The translations under genes were made by a program, and so were the position numbers. DNA of 63,442 nt, counting the filler, from Octopus bimaculoides (lineage: Eukaryota), in NCBI RefSeq assembly GCF_001194135.2. It is 5 parts of 4 records of this genome, joined end to end, with 100 filler letters (N's around TTAATTAATTAA, not from the genome) between each part and the next. Parts side by side here need not be neighbours in the genome. Positions count along the whole stretch, not along the records: positions 1 to 26,200 come from NC_068988.1; 4 more parts are not named here. One strand, 5' to 3'. The notes beneath the pieces were generated by a model. That model had not been told where the DNA came from. It saw only the letters and a list, made by a program, of their open reading frames with translations, and did not search any database. Below, one piece after another: positions 11,059 to 23,554 of this stretch. Numbering within the stretch: position 1 is the first letter of the stretch; each line of letters begins with the position of its first letter.

Positions 11059-11531
11059 GGCGTAGGAGTGGCTGTGTGGTAAGTAGCTTGCTTACCAACC
11101 ACATGGTTCTGGGTTCAGTCCCACTGTGTGGCACCTTGGGCAAGTGTCTTCTACTATAGCCTCGGGCCGACCAAAGCCTTGTCAGTGGATTTGGTAGACG
11201 GAAACTGAAAGAAGCCCGTTGTATATATATGTATATATATATATATATNNNNNNNNNNNNNNNNNNNNNNNNNNNNNNNNNNNNNNNNNNNNNNNNTGTG
11301 TATGCGTGTGTATATGTTTGTGTGTCTGTTTGCCACCCCCCACAACATCGCTTGACAACCGATGCTGGTGTGTTTACGTCCGCATAACTAGCGGTTCGGC
11401 AAAAGAGAACGATAGAATAAGTACTAGGCTTCCAAAGAATAAGTCCTGGGGTCGATTTGCTCGGCTAAAGGTGGTGCTCCAGCATGGCCACAGTCAAATG
11501 ACTGAAACAAGTAAAAGAGTAAAAGAGTAAA
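11059..11531 (+). mobile_element. SINE family A, full length
   Basis: A-box-like TGGCTGTGTGG, B-box GGTTCAGTCCC, internal (TA)n/gap, 3' tail (GAGTAAAA)n. Confidence 0.92.
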
Positions 11532-12139
11532 AAAAGGTAACAAGAAACCCACTTTTATATATTTCCATGAAAATACCCTAAACAAATGCACAGAGTTTGT
11601 TATGGGAAGTATTAGGGGTTCAACTGAGGCAAAATGATCAGCACTAGCAAGATTTAACCTTAAATTTTCAACATTTGATAAGGTTAACTCCATCGATTTT
11701 TCAATAGAAATCATAGTCAGCCCTGATTTGTTATGACATTTCGTATCCCAACATGTCTAATGTAGACAACAATATAATCATTGCTGGCTACAATTTTTGT
11801 AGCAAAATCTGTAGAGATAACCTTAACAAGTAATTTAATAGCTCTGCTAACACAGTAGGACACAGTATTGACTTATAAAAACGTTTAATGTACTTTGTAG
11901 TATATTATGGTTGCATAATGAAATATGGTGTCCCTACAAGTAATTAGATTTTTAAATCATCAAATAAAATGCAAGCAGCTTTTTCAACATTCCACCATTA
12001 CTAAAAACCTACCAAATCTCAGTCAAAAAAAGAGCCTGCACGTAGTCACTTGACTCATTAAAAAGTTCAATCAAATGGCTCTTTTAAGAAAAGTTACATC
12101 AGCAGATTGGCACAGTTATTAGAATGCCTGAGATTTCTT

Positions 12140-12370
12140 ATTTCTTTATTGTCCACAAGGGGCTAAACACAGAGGGAACAAACAAGGACAGACAAAGGGA
12201 TTAAGTTGATTACATCAACCCCAGTGCATAACTGGTACTTATTTAATCGACCTCAAAAGGATGAAAGGCAAAGTTGACCTTGGCGGAATTTGAACTCAGA
12301 ACGTAGCAGCAGACGAAATATTGCTAAGCATTTCTCCCGGCGTGATAACGTTTCTGCCAGCTCGCCACCT
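12140..12370 (-). mobile_element. SINE family B
   Basis: Near full-length match to 29305-29541. Confidence 0.88.
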
Positions 12371-13736
12371 GGATTTCTTTTCAGAGATTTCTTTCCAGTA
12401 TTTTTTCTGACATTAGCATTCTGAGTTCAAATCCTACTGCAGTCAAGATTGCCCTTTCATCCTTTTGGCATCTACAAAACATGCTAATCCAGGACTACTT
12501 CTCCTGACTAACAAACAGTTAGACAGGATGCCACTTGATATTTGTTTCAGCTCAGCATTGAGAGTTTAAATTACACTGTGGCATGTAATCTATCACTTGG
12601 TCTATTGCTACCACATGGCATCTTAGGTTCCTGTGGTGTAGAAGTTCATTCCAATGCAAGCATTTGGACCAGGTCTCCAGTTTGAGGATATCTTCATCCT
12701 GCTAGTTATAGAAACTCTTTGAAGGTCATGTATTACCTTCTCTCTCAACAAAAAGTGAATGAAATACACATTAGATAATGAAGTTATAGAGATGAGTTGG
12801 TGATAGCTGTGACAAGAATATTTAGAAAATTTTCTTGATCAAGATTGACATGGAATTACACTACAATTTAACAAGACATTTGCACTGAAAGTATCAACCA
12901 TTTGCAAAATGACACCAGTTTAGAATTTGGATTAAATAATGATGTTTAATCACACATAATAAGTCTTAAACATCTTATTAGAGACAACACACAAAACTAT
13001 CTTCAAGTGTGAAACGAACTTTATGTACTGGAATTCTTAGAGTATGAAAATCATTTGCTTTAGGAAAAGAGACATTATTTTGATATACCTAATTCAATTT
13101 AATGAATCAGAAATATCGAAAATTAGATATCTCAACAAATTATAATGACCTATGGCAAGATAAGTGGTGTATCTGAAACTCTAATGATCAAGTCTAAAAC
13201 TCTGGTGATTTTTAATAATATAATCCTTGTGTATTTCAAACATGCAAGTATGTTCTAAATTGATTACTATTAGTAAAATAGTTTTCACAAGTGATGCAAC
13301 ATAATTATGAATATTCAAATGTTACTTCTTTGTAGCATAACGATATGCATTAAATACTCACTAAGCATGTAAGACATAGTAATCAAACGTCCCTCAAAAC
13401 ACATTCCTAGCTTTTTGAAAAGGAATATTACATTAGCTAGCATATTCCTAGAAGCATTGCATAGCAACAGTTGCTGCTGGGATCAGGCTGTCCTGAATCA
13501 GAATTTACCTGGGATTAGGGCTCCCTTGAATCAAAATTTACCTAGGGTAGATAATCAATAACAATGAAGACAACAGCAACAAAATCAGTCTCAATAAAGT
13601 ATTCTTTACAGAATTAAACTTATTTCGCATTAGGATGAGAACAAAATACAGGTTCATATTGTGTAGATATCAGAATGGTTGTATATGATACATGTTCGCC
13701 TGCCTTCATGTTTATGTGTATGATGGTAAATATATT

Positions 13737-13842
<106 letters not shown>

Positions 13843-14379
13843 CATCATCATCATCATAATCATATACTTAATGTCAAGCATGGTTTTTAATTAATACATA
13901 CAATGTGCTTATTATTCATTTGATATGCTATATTGGTGCTGTATCTATGAATGTAAAAACACAATACCCCCAGCTGGGTCCTATAATAAGTGATCCTTTC
14001 TAGGACAAGGTCCTGATATTATGGAATAGTATAAGGAAAATTTAACTACTTCTCCCATGTTGTGAGACCACGTAATGGTTTCATCTTCAATGTCTTTGTT
14101 GATTTCCATGACAACAGACAGTTCTGACTTACAATATTTTGCCAATATACATATTTGACTTGCTAAAATAACTTGGCTTTAAATGCTAGTTACTTTTTTA
14201 TTATTAATTTCTAGGGAAAAATAATGAATGTGATTTTCATAACCAGCATTCTGTTTTACATCAGAACTGCATATTTTGAAAATAATCTGGTGAAAATTTT
14301 AAAGACTTCGAGTGGTTAGAAGAAATTTAATGAAATTGAAAGTTATACACATATACATGGGTACGTATGTATATGTATG

Positions 14380-14612
14380 TACGTTTCAAAATGTATCTAC
14401 ATGTGGATTGTTGGCGATTTTTTCCTCTCCACCTTCCGTCTCTCTTGGACTTCCCTCTGTCTCTTGTTTCTGAAGAAGAGCTTTGCTCAAAACGTAAAAC
14501 AACCTTTCTTTCCTTCACTGAGCGTCTTTTAATACTTTGCATGTACCATGTCCTCATGTTGCTGTTTTTTCTTGTTGTATTTCTTCGCTTTTTTGGATTG
14601 AATTAACTACAT
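14380..14612 (+). mobile_element. Probable Penelope-like terminal-repeat fragment
   Basis: Contains a minimal hammerhead and runs into (TA)/(TG) repeats. Assignment is by motif only. Confidence 0.55.
14464..14502 (+). ncRNA. Minimal type I hammerhead, G12->A mutant (family 3)
   Basis: TTGTTT-CTGAAGA-a-GAGC ttt GCTC-AAAA(for GAAA)-CG-T-A-AAACAA. Stem I 6 bp perfect, triplet GUA. Confidence 0.65.
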
Positions 14613-14645
14613 ATGTGTGTGTATACAAACATACACGCTATATAT

Positions 14646-14679
<34 letters not shown>

Positions 14680-14821
14680 NNNNNNNNNNNNNNNNNNNNN
14701 NNNNNNNNNNNNNNNNNNNNNNNNNNNNNNNNNNNNNNNNNNNNNNNNNNNNNNNNNNNNNNNNNNNNNNNNNNNNNNNNNNNNNNNNNNNNNNNNNNNN
14801 NNNNNNATTTATATATGGCAC

Positions 14822-14975
14822 AAACGTGGCTGTGTGGTAAGAAGTTTGCTTCCCTACTGCATGGTTCTGGGTTCAGTCCCATTGTGTGGAACTTTGGGCA
14901 GATGTTTCTACTATAGCCTTGGGTCGACCAAAGCCTTGTGAGTTGATTTGATAGACAGAAATTGAAAGAAGCCCA
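14822..14975 (+). mobile_element. SINE family A, 5' half
   Basis: GTGGCTGTGTGGTAAGAAG...GAAAGAAGCCC. Confidence 0.85.
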
Positions 14976-15006
14976 TCTTATATATATATATATACATATA
15001 TATATT

Positions 15007-15872
15007 CAAGGTGTGATGGGTAAATTGTTGCCACTTTATGTCTATAATTTTGTGCATGTGCATTGATTGTTTTTGATTTTGCCGACTACACATTATAGTA
15101 GAGTTAGTTGGGCACCCTCTGTGAGAATAACAGAATCATGACACAATTCACTCTGCCAGAAATTTGGAAACGACATACTGTACTGTTTGGCATTCACACC
15201 AGAAGCTCCAATATGAACATTTCAGAGTCTTTGTGTGCCAATCTGAGGACATGTACCAAGAGTGATAAAATCAAACGTCCAGTCGACATCATGGTGTTTA
15301 GACTGATCACTAGTGATGGCAACGTTATGCCTCCATTCATCTTCCTATATGGCCTCAGACTCAATATGGAGGCCTAGATCAAGTGTCTAGAGGAGGTAGT
15401 GCTGCCTTGGGTTAAGAGGGTGGATGCTGGAACACACTATGTCTGACAACAGGACACTCTGCCATGCCACACAAGCAGGAGAACCCAGTCATAGCTGTCA
15501 GACAATTTATGTGACCACATCAACTCTAACATCTGGCCACCAAACTTCCCAGACTGCAACCTTGATTATTATGTATGTGGTGCAGTTGTGCGAGAGACGA
15601 GCAAAACTTATTGCAACACCAAAGATGAGCTGAAGGCAAGGATTATGGTAGCATTCACCAACTTAAACAAGGAAACCGTCCAGAAGAGCTGCAGGAGATT
15701 CCAAAGTCGTCTGGAGGCCATGGTTGAAGCCAATGGCGATTTTATTGAATAAATTTACTCTTTAGTATTCCAAGCATTTTTATATAATTTTGGTAAATAT
15801 ATGTGTTAAAATGAGATGTCAGTGTTGTTTTCATTTTTGCGTAATTTAGACAACAGTTCATTCACCTCATCT
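15007..15872 (+). mobile_element. Internally deleted maT (DD37D-type) Tc1/mariner element
   Basis: Degenerate ends CAAGGTGTGATGGGTAAATTGTTGCC / GACAACAGTTCATTCACCTCATCT around a transposase remnant. Confidence 0.8.
15138..15752 (+). pseudogene. maT-type transposase remnant
   Basis: MTQFTLPEIWKRH...IMVFRLITSDGNVMPPFIF...QQDTLPCHTSRRTQS...IWPPNFPDCNLDYYV...EAMVEANGDFIE*. HTH and first-D region deleted; in-frame stops. Confidence 0.85.
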
Positions 15873-15902
15873 TATGTGTGTGTGTGTGTGTGTGTGTTTA
15901 TG

Positions 15903-15933
<31 letters not shown>

Positions 15934-16676
15934 TGTATATATGTTTATCTGTGTGTGTGTGTGTTTGTCTCCCCCTTCTCTCACCATCACTTCACAAACG
16001 TTTATGTGCTTGTAACTTAGCGGTTTGACAAAAGAGATTGATAGACTAAGTACTAGGCTTACAAAGAATAAGTCCTGGGGTATATTACATCAATTAAAAC
16101 TCTTTAAGGTGGTGCTCTAGCATTGCCACAGTCAAATAACTGTGACAATTAATAGAATAAAAGAATAAAAGAATATATATAATTCGTCTTTGGAATAGCA
16201 AATAAAACTATAAATAATAATTTGTAAATAATGGTTTAGACAAGCCTTTTCACAAATGTCAAAGCTGTCCATGGGACATGAGCCCACATCTTCTGTAAAC
16301 AAGATAGAAATTCTAGCAGTAGACCAAAACAATCCTTTGAATTTCACAAAATATCCATTTTAGAAACATTATTCTTACCCCAATATTGTTATGTTGTTGA
16401 CATCAAATTCTCATTACAAACAATATATATATCTAAATATAAAACAGATACTAATTTGAGCCTTGTTCTCTCTTTAAAAACAAGACAGTTTTTGAATTCC
16501 AGTTAGAAGCAAAACAGTTGCAGCTTAGCTCCACATCTTTCTAACTCTACATTTGAAAATCTGAGAAATCTGTAAATCCAGTGAAGTCTTCAAAAATTTA
16601 AAACTAAAAAATTTCAATGAATTCCAATGCATTTTCAGCTTCTTATATCTCTCTCTATATATGTGTGTGTGTGTGT

Positions 16677-16915
16677 GTTCTAGGGATTAAGCAGAATCAA
16701 TATTAACATGATACATCAGTCAGCTGAGCTATGTCAAAACAGATAATAGACATAATACTACATTATAAAGAGAAAACTATGAAAACCAGCTCAACTTCCA
16801 CAAGAAAAGGAATATATCAGAGTGAATCCTTATACTTTCTGCTACACTGTTTATCATTGACCTCTATAAAAAAAAATCTGTAGGCTGAAACACCCAGTGG
16901 TTAATATGTACAGAC
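16677..16915 (+). repeat. ~240-bp direct repeat, copy 1
   Basis: About 95% identical by eye to 18476-18715. Confidence 0.9.
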
Positions 16916-18475
16916 ACACATACATGGATGCTATATTCACAGACACTATGATATATGAATGTACATGTATATAAAACCCTCATAAAATTGGTTAGTAAAA
17001 ACAGAAACACATACTACCAAACATATATGTACCTATCCTCTCTCTTTCTAGATAAATATCAATTTCTATGTACATGACATTTTATTTTCATTGATAGATA
17101 GGTAGATAGATAGATAGATAGAGATGGATGGATGGATGGATGGATAGATAGATAGATAGATAGAGATGGATGGATGGATGGATGGATAGACAGTTAGACA
17201 GACAGATATATATATATATCTTTGCACAGACATGTTTACATATATATGTGTGTGTATGTGAGTGTGTTTGTGTGTGTGTATATATATATATATACTATAT
17301 ATNNNNNNNNNNNNNNNNNNNNNNNNNATATATATATACATATACATACATACATATATATATGTATGTATATATAATATATATATATATATATAACTAC
17401 ATATATGCATACATATACATATATATATGTAATATATATACACATACTTATTTATGCATGTATATACACGCACATAAATGTTACATACATATGCACCTAT
17501 ACACTCACACAAACTTACACACACACACATCTATATAAGGCACAGTAGCTGGTACTTTAACTTTCATTTGAAATGTTACTCCAAAGTGAGTATTGAGACC
17601 CCCGTCAGTAAGTATTCTGCTGATGTTATTAAACTTGCACTAAAATAATAACCTGAAGTTAACATATATTTGCGTGTGTTTATAATCCATAGATTAAGCA
17701 AGAATGAATTCAATGAAAGTGAAAAAATAATCTGACAGTAATTGATTACATTTTGTAGATATTTCAGTAAAGTATCATTACATAATATGAAACCATATCA
17801 TAAAAATACATTGTAGGTTTCTAAACTTGTGTTTTCTTGTATAATCATAGCATAGAAAATGATAAACAGCATCTTTAATACAGTTTGTGAAAGAATTCTT
17901 ATATGCTGAAGCTACATCATTATCAATTAATTGGTTTCTAAAGTAGAATATTGAAGTATAATATATATCATGCGCAGTAAAAGTCATTTATTTATAAAGA
18001 ATTTAATTATGTAAAAGAGTATAAATATCCAGCAGTTTGTATATTTGGTGTGATACTTGAAAAATATATTACAAACTGAGAATTAAATGCAATGTTTTAT
18101 ACTATAATAAATTCTTTTTGAAATGGCCAACAAAATCAACAAAAAAGATCAACAACAAAAACAGCAAGAGTAGCAATGATGCAGCCAGCATCGCTGCAAT
18201 AACAATAACAGCTACAAAATTAATATTTCTAATTTAGGCACATGGACAGCAATTTTAAGTGAGATGGTCAATGCCCTTGACATCAACACTTGACTGGTAT
18301 GATATTGACTGAAGAGTGATGAAAGGCGTCGTTGACACCAGTAGAATTTGAACTAAAAATTTAAAGAGCTAGGAAGGATACTTAAAAAAGCATAAAGAAA
18401 ATAAACATCACACTGGTGGTGATTACTAAGCTGAAAGCATTCTATTGCATACCACGATCTTGGATTTTGGAGACA

Positions 18476-18715
18476 GTTCTAGGGATTAAACAGAATCAAT
18501 ATTAACATGATACATCAGTCAGCTGAGCTATGTCAAAACAGATAATAGACATAGTACTACACTATAAAGAGAAAACTATGAAAACCAGCTCAACTTCCAC
18601 AAGAAAAGGAATATTTCAGAGTGAATCCTTATACTTTCTGCCACACTGCTTAGTATTGACCTCTATTAAAAAATAATCTGTAGGCTGAAACACCCAATGG
18701 TTAATATGTACAGAC
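18476..18715 (+). repeat. ~240-bp direct repeat, copy 2
   Basis: GTTCTAGGGATTAA...TTAATATGTACAGAC shared with copy 1. Confidence 0.9.
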
Positions 18716-19205
18716 TGTAAATCACCTCCACTGTATGGATGATTGGAAAATATGTATAAGCAACAACTACCAACTGGAAAAATCCTCGAATTTAGCTAAG
18801 ATACACAAATGACTTTGCATTTAGTGCAGTATACCAAATCTACAAAAGTAGTCATGTTAACTAAAACTATGAACATCAAATTAGTTCCAGAGACTGAAAT
18901 AAGATTATCAGACCAGAACCATCAACACAAATATTTAGAAACAAATAAAACTAATGAAATAGAACACTAAGAAAGCAGGAGAAAATTGAAAAAGTGTGCA
19001 ACACGCAATTCATACAGTAAACTTCCTACACAACACAAGCTCAAGACAATCACCACTAGACTGTATAATACAATGCACACAACACATATTCAACACAATC
19101 ATTTCACATACACAACACATACTCTACACCTAAGATCAATGCAAGTAATACAAAATAGAATCTCAATTAAGTGACAATCAATCCCATGCATTATCAACAA
19201 CTTAC

Positions 19206-19394
19206 CTTCTCATTGAATAATTCCACCCACACAGCATATACATTACATAGAAAACAAATGAAGCAATGCCAAGAGCAAAAAAAATGGCCCATGTGGCAAA
19301 GCAAGATGAACCATGCATACAAAATTCTTCATCCCAAAAGGAAATTGTACTCACTTCAGTGATATAGGATGCATCCCATAGTGCAATTGAAACT
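19206..19394 (-). CDS. Candidate coding exon with a transmembrane-like segment
   Basis: 189 bp, phase 2-2, perfect GTAAGT donor, weaker TTTGCAAG acceptor, plus an alternative GTGAGT donor at 19354. Reads VSIALWDASYITEVSTISFWDEEFCMHGSSCFATWAIFFALGIASFVFYVMYMLCGWNYSMR. Confidence 0.35.
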
Positions 19395-19420
19395 CTTGCA
19401 AACATGATAATAATACATAA

Positions 19421-19857
19421 TATTATTATTACTATTATTATTAGTAGTATTATTGTTATGTGAGAGAGAAGTGTATGCCATCGAAGTGACACTGGAGTAA
19501 AATATATGAAGCCCAGTTAAACAGCACATGACCTCGCAGGTGGGGTTCAGTTAGAATTTTATTCAGGTTGAGTAGCCCATCTTGCTCAAAGGGTCTCTCA
19601 ATAAGGGTTGGTTAAGGATGTTGAATAAAACACCCATGTTTCTAGGTGTGAATTATCTAAACACCAAAGAATTCCTCTCAACACATGACTATGATGCTCC
19701 CGCACTACTTCTGCTTGTAAACAGAGATGCAAATATCACCTACCAGTAAGGGACATGCTCAGCTAGTTAAGGTCAAGCAACTGACAAGCAAATCTGTGGT
19801 ACTGAGGTGAATATTTCTTGTATCCCATCTTTTATACCAAGAAAACAAAACAATGTG
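19421..19857 (-). mobile_element. (TAA)n-tailed non-coding retroposon fragment
   Basis: On the minus strand it ends ...GCATACACTTCTCTCTCA + degenerate (TAA)n, and it is bounded by TAA repeats on both sides. No ORF. Confidence 0.55.
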
Positions 19858-20130
19858 CTTATTATTATTATCATTATTATTATTATTGTTCAGTAGTTTT
19901 ATTTTTATAACGTGCTTTCACTTCACTTTAGAGTGCAGCTCTGTGTGCCTTGGGTATGTGCTGTGGTTTGCTGTGATGCTCTTATGGTTACAGTATTGAA
20001 AGGTTTTGCATAGGATGTGTGCAGTACCCAGTAGTGCAATTTTCTGTATGTTATATATATTTGTAAGTCCTGGTGTTTTTGTTATGCATTTGTCTGAATA
20101 TTTTTTTATCATACCTAATGTGCCTACTAT
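19858..20130 (-). mobile_element. R4/Dong-clade LINE 3' end (restriction-like endonuclease C-terminus)
   Basis: IVGTLGMIKK...NIQKIALLGTAHILCK, then a ~100-nt 3' UTR and a (TAA)n tail. Confidence 0.75.
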
Positions 20131-20139
20131 GTGCCTAAG

Positions 20140-21345
20140 GTGATACAGACCTTTTTCTATTCATATTTCTTCGAAAATTTGCTTCAAAGAAAGTGAACAT
20201 TGAAGATGGCGACAAAAAGCGGGTGTGAGGATGGTGGTACAGCAATTTACATGATGATTTACCTGTCCTCCCCACCATGATTGGCAGCACACAGTAGGAA
20301 GAAAAGAAGGAATAAGAACAAGAAGTGAAGAGTCAAGAAAGGAAGAAAGAAGAGGAAAAGCAGAAAGAACATGCAGAACAATTTTGAAAGCAACTATTGA
20401 AAAGAGTCTAGCAAAAATGGAGCAAGCGGTGGGAAAGAAACTTTTGCAAATATCATGGCAACTAAGGAATTAGTTAACAATCTCATCAAGAACAAAATAG
20501 AAAAACTAAACAAAACAGCAAAATATATGAAGATGAATGGAAGGAGGGCAGAATTGACACCTCCAAGCAACGTGGTCGAAGCAACAGCCAAATGAACAGT
20601 TGTCTACAGGTATGCGAACACAAAGACAAGGAAACTCAAAGATGCTAAACATGACTGGGAGAAAAAGCTTTGAAAGACATATCCACCATATTGACAAGGT
20701 ATCCACCACATTGTGAGTGTGAGACAGTATGGCAGAGTGGAGGTCCTTTTTAAGACCAAGGAGCAGGCAATACAAAAGTCAGTGACTACTCATTGCACCG
20801 AAAAAATTGTCCTCTTTCTAATGTACATGGAAAGAAGGGTGGTATGAATTACGGTACCTGGAGTACCACCAGGCTTGGATTTATGGTGGATTCTTGCCTG
20901 TTTTTGTACGGACAGCGGGGAGAATCTCCTGAATGTTAAAAGATCGAGGAGGGAGAATTGAACTGGACTACTTTGGAGGTTCTTCTCTACGTGAAGCCAA
21001 GGCAGTTAGAGTAAGTCCCAGAGTTGATTTCCCTTTCGAATGGAGTAGAACTAAGGGTGAACATAGAAGGCAGAAGGCCAAGGTGCCATGATTGTGGTTC
21101 AACAGGCCACTTATGGTTTCACTGCCCACACAAACAGAACAGAAGGGCAGAAAGAAATGTCCAAATGAAAGTACCACAACCCATGAGTCGACAAAAACAA
21201 CAAGAACAAGAACAACAGAAAGGCAGGGGAATAGAAACAGAAATTGAACCCAAGGAGACAAAACAAGCAGGTGTTACAGTAAATGTGACAGTGGGAGTAG
21301 CATCAGCAGCAGAAGCAGATGCTACATTAGCAGGAGCAGCAACAC
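20140..21345 (+). mobile_element. L1/Tx1-type LINE 5' fragment (decayed ORF1)
   Basis: AAGATGGCG start at 20206; ...ITVPGVPPG...LRVNIEGRRPRCHDCGSTGHLWFHC contains a CX2CX4HX4C gag-like zinc knuckle; many stops. Confidence 0.75.
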
Positions 21346-21511
21346 TATTTTTGAATTTCTGCCATATTTGGATTACCTGATATCTGAGCAAGATAGCAAT
21401 CAGCCCCTTTTACTATCATTCCTAGGGCACCTATGACAACAGGTATTGTTTTAATCTTGAGGTTCTATCTCACGAATTTTATACTTGCTCAGTTTCTGGT
21501 AGGTCTTGACA

Positions 21512-21512
<1 letters not shown>
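21345..21512 (-). mobile_element. Second, diverged R4/Dong subfamily fragment
   Basis: QKLSKYK...KTIPVVIGALGMIVKG...NMAEIQK. Confidence 0.7.
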
Positions 21513-21554
<42 letters not shown>

Positions 21555-21693
21555 TAGATTTATTTTTATAACGTGCTTTCACTTCACTACTGAGCGCAGC
21601 TCTGTGTGCCTTGGGTATGTGCTGTGGTTTACTGTGATGCTCTTATGGTTACAGTATTGAAAGGGTTTTGCATAGGATGTGTGTATAGGATGT

Positions 21694-21700
<7 letters not shown>
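21512..21700 (-). mobile_element. Very short 5'-truncated R4/Dong copy inside (TAA)n
   Basis: ~145 bp nearly identical to the 3' UTR at ~19890-20020, with TAA arrays on both sides. Confidence 0.85.
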
Positions 21701-21727
<27 letters not shown>

Positions 21728-23554
21728 CATTATTATTATTATCATCATCAGCATCATCATCAATATTATTATGAGACAAAGATAGTAACTAATTAATACT
21801 TTAGTTTTTTTCAATCAATGTTTCATTTTCCTTTCAGTAAGATAATGAACAGATTGAAAATAATCTCAAACAAATAAATGTAAAAATAATTTCTCAAATG
21901 AATGTCACAGAAAAAATACACAGTAGAAAACTGGGTTAATGTTTTAGATTTTTTTAATAATTTTTAAATAAAAGACAAGAAAATATTATTGATTATACTG
22001 TTATTTTAAAAATGCATTTTCTATATTTTTATTTTCATTTTTATTGTTTCAGTTTCAGTAATTGAAACAATAACAAAGACCAACTTCCATAAATGATCCA
22101 ACAGAAAAATTATGATTCATCAATATTTCAAGTGCTACAGTTTCGATTGGAAAATAGGCATTTTCTCTACTTCTGCATCAGATTTTAATTATTCAAACAG
22201 TAACGAGTATAATTTGGTGGAAAACATACTAAAATATCATATATAACTTTATATTTGCTAGTCTACAGCTAGGTTCTGGATTCGAATCACACTTTTTTGC
22301 TTTTTTCTTTCTCAGTGTGAATAAAGAAAGTACAAGTAAAATACTGATGTAAACTCAATCACAGGTGTCTCCTACATATTTAAGGTTGTGTACCTTTATT
22401 AGCAAACAGTTTTGGTATAATCACCATACAAACTTTTAGCCACGTTGATGCAAAACTGAAACATATATGCATGGATATGTACACATTGACTTTTAAATAG
22501 TATGAGGACTTCATCATAAAAATTAGAATAATTTTTGTATTAGTAAGCATTTTTCTAACAAACCAAGGGAAAAAGTAGTTAAGCCATAAAGCAGAGTGTG
22601 TGTATTATGAGCTAAATCTCCTTGAGACTAGGCTTCATATTTGATAATTCACAAAACTGAAGCATGGCAATATATAACAAAAATATTTGTAAATACATCG
22701 AAAAAATATTGTTTAAAGAGATTGCAGAACAATTCTAAAACGGATTCTTGTTGTTACATAGCCCTTGGTCAGTCCAGATCAAGCAGATGTGACTCAAAAT
22801 CTCCCAAACATGAGTATCTCATCATTTAGTACATTGTAAAGTTCAAGAGGCTCACTTGGCTATATGGTGAGTATGCTAATGCATGGTAGTTAACTCCTTT
22901 CCCAAGCATACAAATATCATTATAAAATGCTTTCCCTGTCCAGGAATTTTCTTATCTTTCATTGATACACTATCCCTATATCAGTAAAATAAAGTTCCAA
23001 GAGATATGCAATAATGTTTGAATTTTGACAAATAATTTTTTGCAAAAGCTGTCATTAGTTTCACCATTTCTAATCAAGTTTTTATTTAAAAAATAAATAA
23101 GTTTAATCATACAGTTTGAAAAGAAGATATTGCTTAGTTGTTATTTTTTTTAATGTTTAGATAAGCTTATATTTTATATCACAATAAAAATGCTTATTTT
23201 ACCTTACATTATAGGAAAGTTAATTTATTCGTTGAATAAATAGAAAAAGGAGATTTTTCATATTCAACCTTTGAATTTCATTAAATTTCTGTCATATGCT
23301 TTGTGCTTGGATAACAATGCACAATATTTAAAATTATGCCATAAAACATGTATTCTATCAGGAAAGAATTACTATCTTCAAGACAATATAGATATTATTT
23401 AATACTGGAATGTGAATCCTGTGTGATGCACAAACATATGAGGCTTATGTCCTGATAATTACATGTGATGCATAGCACCAGCAAACAATCAAGAGAGAAA
23501 TAACATGTATGAAATAAGATTTCCAAAATGTTTTGGTTACAAACAAAAGAACAT

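Noticed and set aside
16379-16432. Strong acceptor and GTAAGA donor on the minus strand
   Set aside because: Stops in all three frames; at most a non-coding or poison exon, with no support.
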